A DNA stretch of 61,305 nt, filler included, from Basidiobolus meristosporus CBS 931.73 (lineage: Eukaryota > Fungi > Basidiobolomycota), in the NCBI GenBank assembly GCA_002104905.1. It is 4 parts of 4 records of this genome, joined end to end, with 100 filler letters (N's around TTAATTAATTAA, not from the genome) between each part and the next. Parts side by side here need not be neighbours in the genome. Positions count along the whole stretch, not along the records: positions 50,240 to 61,305 come from MCFE01001287.1; 3 more parts are not named here. One strand, given 5' to 3'. Below the pieces are notes generated by a model that was given only the letters and a program-made list of their open reading frames with translations, had not been told where the DNA came from and did not search any database. Both the position numbers and the translations under genes were made by a program. Shown piece after piece: positions 57,679 to 61,305 of the stretch. Within the stretch, counting starts at the first letter, position 1. Each line of letters begins with the position of its first letter.

Positions 57679-58748
57679 TGTAGTGGGGTGACAGTGACAC
57701 CCACTGACAGAAGTGCTCATTCCCATATTTTCTACTTCCCTATATCTCTACTACACTTATTTTAGTTTTATCCCATTTGTCTTACCTGATCAGCACTATC
57801 CTGTAAGCTGGTTGACTATCACACCTGCTTACCTTATTGCATAAGTTATCCCTCACTTTATGTACGATTACTAGCTGTGAGTGCTTCTATATTAGGCATA
57901 TACCTGCGCCAGTACCCATGACACATGATCAACCTGTGTCACCATCCCTACCATCTTCATACCATATATGGTATCCCTATGTTACACAGGTTTCATAATA
58001 CTGATTCCTGATTGGTGGGATGTGCTGTGCCTTTTAGAACCTTCTGGCACCTACTCTCAATACTCTTAGCTCATTCTGATGTTATTACAATTTCTATTGA
58101 TCTCTGGAACCTTCTGGAACACCATGATTAGTGATTACTTAGCCACTGAGAAAAGTATACAAGGGAGGCTATCCCTCAACAATAAATCAGCATCCCTTTT
58201 ATCAATATTCTGACTTGTTGATTAGTGTGATCACTGCTACCTGCTGCTACCTGAACTTCCAACCCCAGACCACAGGACACTCCCAGGAAACTGCGCTGAC
58301 AGCCAACTGACCTTGGAGGCACTACTTGTGAGGAATACTCAGAGTAGGTATCTTTTATTGTATTTGATTCTTCCCCCAGTTTGTTCTTATACAGGCAAAG
58401 ATACTTTTCTGTCTTTGTAACTATTGACCACAGCTGCATTCTTATCAAGTCCCTGCTGGTGGAGTTTACAGTTGTTTTGACTTTGGAAGCTTCAGTCCTT
58501 TGTCATCTCAAAGGATGCTGAACCTAGCACATACTTTTGTTCAGATGCCAACCAAGTTGGGGATTGTAGCACAATAGTTTTCCCTTGACAAGCTTGTGGC
58601 TTTATTCCCCATCACATTAGATTAGACCAAAGACCCAGTATTCCTAGCAAGCTTTTGCCAGAGGTTATTGCACCCAGTGAACACCCCACACACAAAACAC
58701 TTGAAAAGTGTTGGACGTATCTCTCCCTTGGACTTGTACACCACCACA
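57679..58748. mobile_element. Solo LTR family C (1070 bp), inverted relative to 14871-15941
   Basis: TGTAGTGG...ACCACCACA termini; interrupts CACTA accessory ORF (empty site AAAGTGCAGCCAGTTGAG at ~21434-21451); flanks GTGC/GCTC imperfect. Confidence 0.85.
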
Positions 58749-59334
58749 GCTCAGTCAGTTGAGTTACACTCCAGTGAGGTAGATAAGTTTGCAGATAAAG
58801 GCAATTTGTCTACCCTGGCCTCCACATCCTCCATTGTTGACAGAGTGAAGATCCCTCTGACAGACAAAGTAGCAATATCAAGAACTCAAATGGTCATCAC
58901 AATGCCTTTGGTGGAATTCTGGAACATTAATAGGCACAACAAGGAGTTACAACACTTCTTCAAGAGCAGTGCTCAAGAAAATGCACTTGAATATTGCAAG
59001 GCTTTATTGCAAAGACTGGTAGAGGAGGAGCTAGACCTTGCAGTACTGGCTGAAAGCCAGGTCATATAGGAACCAGTGGATGAACAGTGGCATAGAGCTG
59101 TAGGGTTTCCACCAAAGATGTGCAAACAGAGCATTACAGCAAAAGATACTTATTGAGTGGTGGATTTTAATGGAGATGCTTGTTCAGTGTTGGGTTGGGC
59201 TTAATGTTAGTGTAGGTTATAGGGACTTATATAGGCCAATGCAATTGGCATTGAGGTACAACTGAAGTTTCAATGGATATAAATCAATTTGTATACATGA
59301 AACATAGAGTAATCATTAGATTTGTTCTGTTGGA

Positions 59335-59405
59335 TAGTGCCACATAGTGCCAGCCTGTTTATGGTGCCAGATCAATCTGGCACTCTACGGCACTATCTGG
59401 CACTA
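59335..59405. repeat. Subterminal array of six TAGTGCCA/TGGCACTA motifs
   Basis: TAGTGCCA 59335 and 59345, TGGTGCCA 59362; inverted TGGCACTC 59378, CGGCACTA 59388, TGGCACTA 59398. Confidence 0.8.
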
Positions 59406-59500
59406 TAATTTCTACCATGATGCCAGTGGTATGATACAGTTACTGGTAATTTTACTCAATCTTACTTATGTTGCTCAGAATAGTGCTTTCCTTGCTTTAT

Positions 59501-60049
59501 TTACTCTTCATATTGCTCCAGACACATTTCTCTCAGTGGATGTCTTCTTGTGTGAACACACTGTGCATTAATAAGTATCTTAGCTATTTTACCTATTCTG
59601 CTGTTATCTCCTATATATGACTTTCCTCTGTATTTACCTGCCAATATGCTGAATCTCTTCAGATATCCAAATGTGTGCTCTACCCTTACTCTGAAATGAT
59701 TAAATATCTCATTGTAGAGCTTCTGCTTCCTGCTAAGCACACCATTCCTTGGCTTCCTATAAGCTGTAATACATCCTAATCTCTGACAATCCTCTCCTAT
59801 ATAGGCTAAGTCTGCCATACATTTCTCCCCTCTACTGAATTCAGGATGATTCTCTACCCAGAGTGCTTTGTCATGCCTACTTCCAGCAAATGGCCCACTA
59901 AACCAGATGATGTTACCCTCAATGTCAGACAGTGCTTGAAACTTCACACAGTGTGCCTTGTACTTGCCAGAATAAAAGTGCCTCTGCCCTCTAGAAGGTC
60001 TGGTTAATCCTGCGACTGGGAGGTATGGAGCTCTGAAAGTATCAGCTGC
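59501..60049 (-). CDS. DDE_Tnp_4-type transposase catalytic domain (PIF/Harbinger-ISL2EU/IS5-like)
   Basis: Open frame from 60049: AADTF...RPSRGQRHFYSGKYKAHCVKFQ...GSRHD...MADLAYIG...RVRVEHTFGYLKRFSIL, with D-D-E intact. An in-frame TAG at 60052-60050 may be a splice acceptor or a nonsense mutation. Confidence 0.82.
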   Translation of the reverse strand, partial: AADTFRAPYLPVAGLTRPSRGQRHFYSGKYKAHCVKFQALSDIEGNIIWFSGPFAGSRHDKALWVENHPEFSRGEKCMADLAYIGEDCQRLGCITAYRKPRNGVLSRKQKLYNEIFNHFRVRVEHTFGYLKRFSILAGKYRGKSYIGDNSRIGKIAKILINAQCVHTRRHPLREMCLEQYEE

Positions 60050-60516
60050 CTAGTATATGGGCAAGCTGTGTGCTGGATAGCCTAGCATCTGGGAGTATGG
60101 AGAGAGGTCCTTGATAGATTGGTTGAGTCCAGTTACTGGAATATGTGGCAAAAGAAGGTATGACTCATATCATATTAAATTGATGGTGGTTTGAATTGAT
60201 TTGGTGCAATCTGTGTTATTTATCTGATTTTTAATACATTATGGTTAAATCTCCATCAATTGCCATGTATCCCATCATTATGTTGCAAAAATCATCCGCA
60301 AACAATGCCTTGGTACTTTTATTGATGCTTTAATCATAGGTCTATAATCAAATAGGAAATCTGCGATTGATGTGATCTGATCCATGTCAACGTGATCCAA
60401 GATGCATCATGCATAATATATGGAAAATTCAACAATCACATTAGTTTTCATATATATTTCATATAAGACCAGGTTAATGCCAATATACTGCTTTATAAGT
60501 ATCCAAATCCATTGCT

Positions 60517-61305
60517 ATGGTCCCCATACCAAGCCTCAACTCATCTTTAGTACAACCCAGACAAAACCCATCCCCCAGCTCACAGGTGCAGTCCGGACCA
60601 AAGAAGTTGATGTTGGATCCGTTTGAGTTCTTGCCAAATGATTTTAGTATGGCCCAAGTGTCTATGATGAGCCTTCATACAGATATTTGGGCACTACTGA
60701 TTAATTTAGCAGAACTAGATACCTCAGAGAGTCAACAAAGATGGAAGAATTTGAGTAGAAAGCTGTGGCATGAGTTCTACATCAAGATGCCAGCCAATGT
60801 ATGTAAAGGATATATAACAAGACAAGTATTGAAATCAAGAATGAGCTGAGAGTGAGGGGATTTGACAAAGAAGCCACACGGGAACAATTTCTTGTGCAAT
60901 TTGCACAGTACAGGCTGGATGCGTCTGTTTGTGCCTCAACTTTGGGAACCAAAGAGATTTTGAATGAGTTTTTGCCTCAAATGACTAATGTACTACATGA
61001 TATATTAGTAGAGCTAAGTGGCTTCCAAGAGCAATATACACAGGACTCATCCAGGCAACAGCTCCAAAGTATCAGACAGAGGGTAAGTGAATACCTTGAG
61101 GAATCAGATGGTGAGCTTCAGGAGGAAGAATACAGACTGCAAGCAACATTGTCCAGATTGTGCCAGCACGCCTTGCTGGATTCCCTACCATCTCATGCAA
61201 CCACAGCGCGCCGGTGCATGTCAGTCCAGACCGCACCAACACCCTTCACCAGAACGCCCCACGTCAAGTCAATGCGTGTCGGGTCAACACGTGTGCTTCA
61301 GAGCA
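60517..61305 (+). pseudogene. Accessory ORF of ISL2EU-type element with SAP-like motif; 1-nt frameshift ~60805; runs off window
   Basis: ORF 60517..60849 continues in another frame, IYNKTSIEIKNELRVRGFDKEATREQFLVQF..., open to the window end. Copy 1 (minus ~32060-31450) reads through in one frame at this point (KMPADIYMKIYNKTGIEIKNELRVRG). Confidence 0.6.

Larger units (their letters stand above)
53541..59302 (-). mobile_element. CACTA/EnSpm-type element copy 2 (left terminus present, right end replaced by ISL2EU element)
   Basis: Starts CCGCATGAAAATTAATTTGG (cf. CCCTGTGAAAAATAATTTGG at 26287-26268); transposase fragments 54566-56301 on the minus strand; accessory ORFs on the plus strand. Confidence 0.75.
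59303..61305 (-). mobile_element. ISL2EU/Harbinger-type DDE element copy 2 (runs off window)
   Basis: Transposase on the minus strand and a divergent second ORF on the plus strand; collinear with split copy 1. Confidence 0.75.

Noticed and set aside
1-61305. CRISPR arrays, rRNA or tRNA genes
   Set aside because: No regularly spaced repeat-spacer array or recognisable structural RNA gene found; tRNA-like 12-mers are retrotransposon primer-binding sites.

Overview
Eukaryotic, almost certainly fungal, draft-assembly window with three 100-nt scaffold gaps; the lineage cannot be fixed from sequence alone. The first ~4.6 kb is CpG-retaining host DNA with two small, apparently intronless genes for secreted candidate antimicrobials on the minus strand. 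One is a CHAP-domain (peptidoglycan amidase-type) protein whose likely real ATG (772) is 1 nt out of frame. The other is a KP4 killer-toxin homologue, with a previously unannotated deleted tandem KP4 relic upstream. The remaining ~56 kb is a CpG-depleted nest of transposons: two Ty1/copia families (one intact copy with apparently identical LTRs), a chromodomain Ty3 and a second Ty3/gypsy family, two orphan LTR families, CACTA/EnSpm-type elements, and ISL2EU/Harbinger-type DDE elements carrying a divergent SAP-like ORF. The most unusual signal is three non-LTR retrotransposon copies from two diverged families. Each 3' end carries a short hairpin, an AATAAA motif and a (CCCTAA)n telomeric-type tail, perfect in one copy and degenerate in two. 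One copy has deposited (TTAGGG)4 in the middle of another element's integrase gene. All alignments and comparisons were made by eye; no database search was possible.
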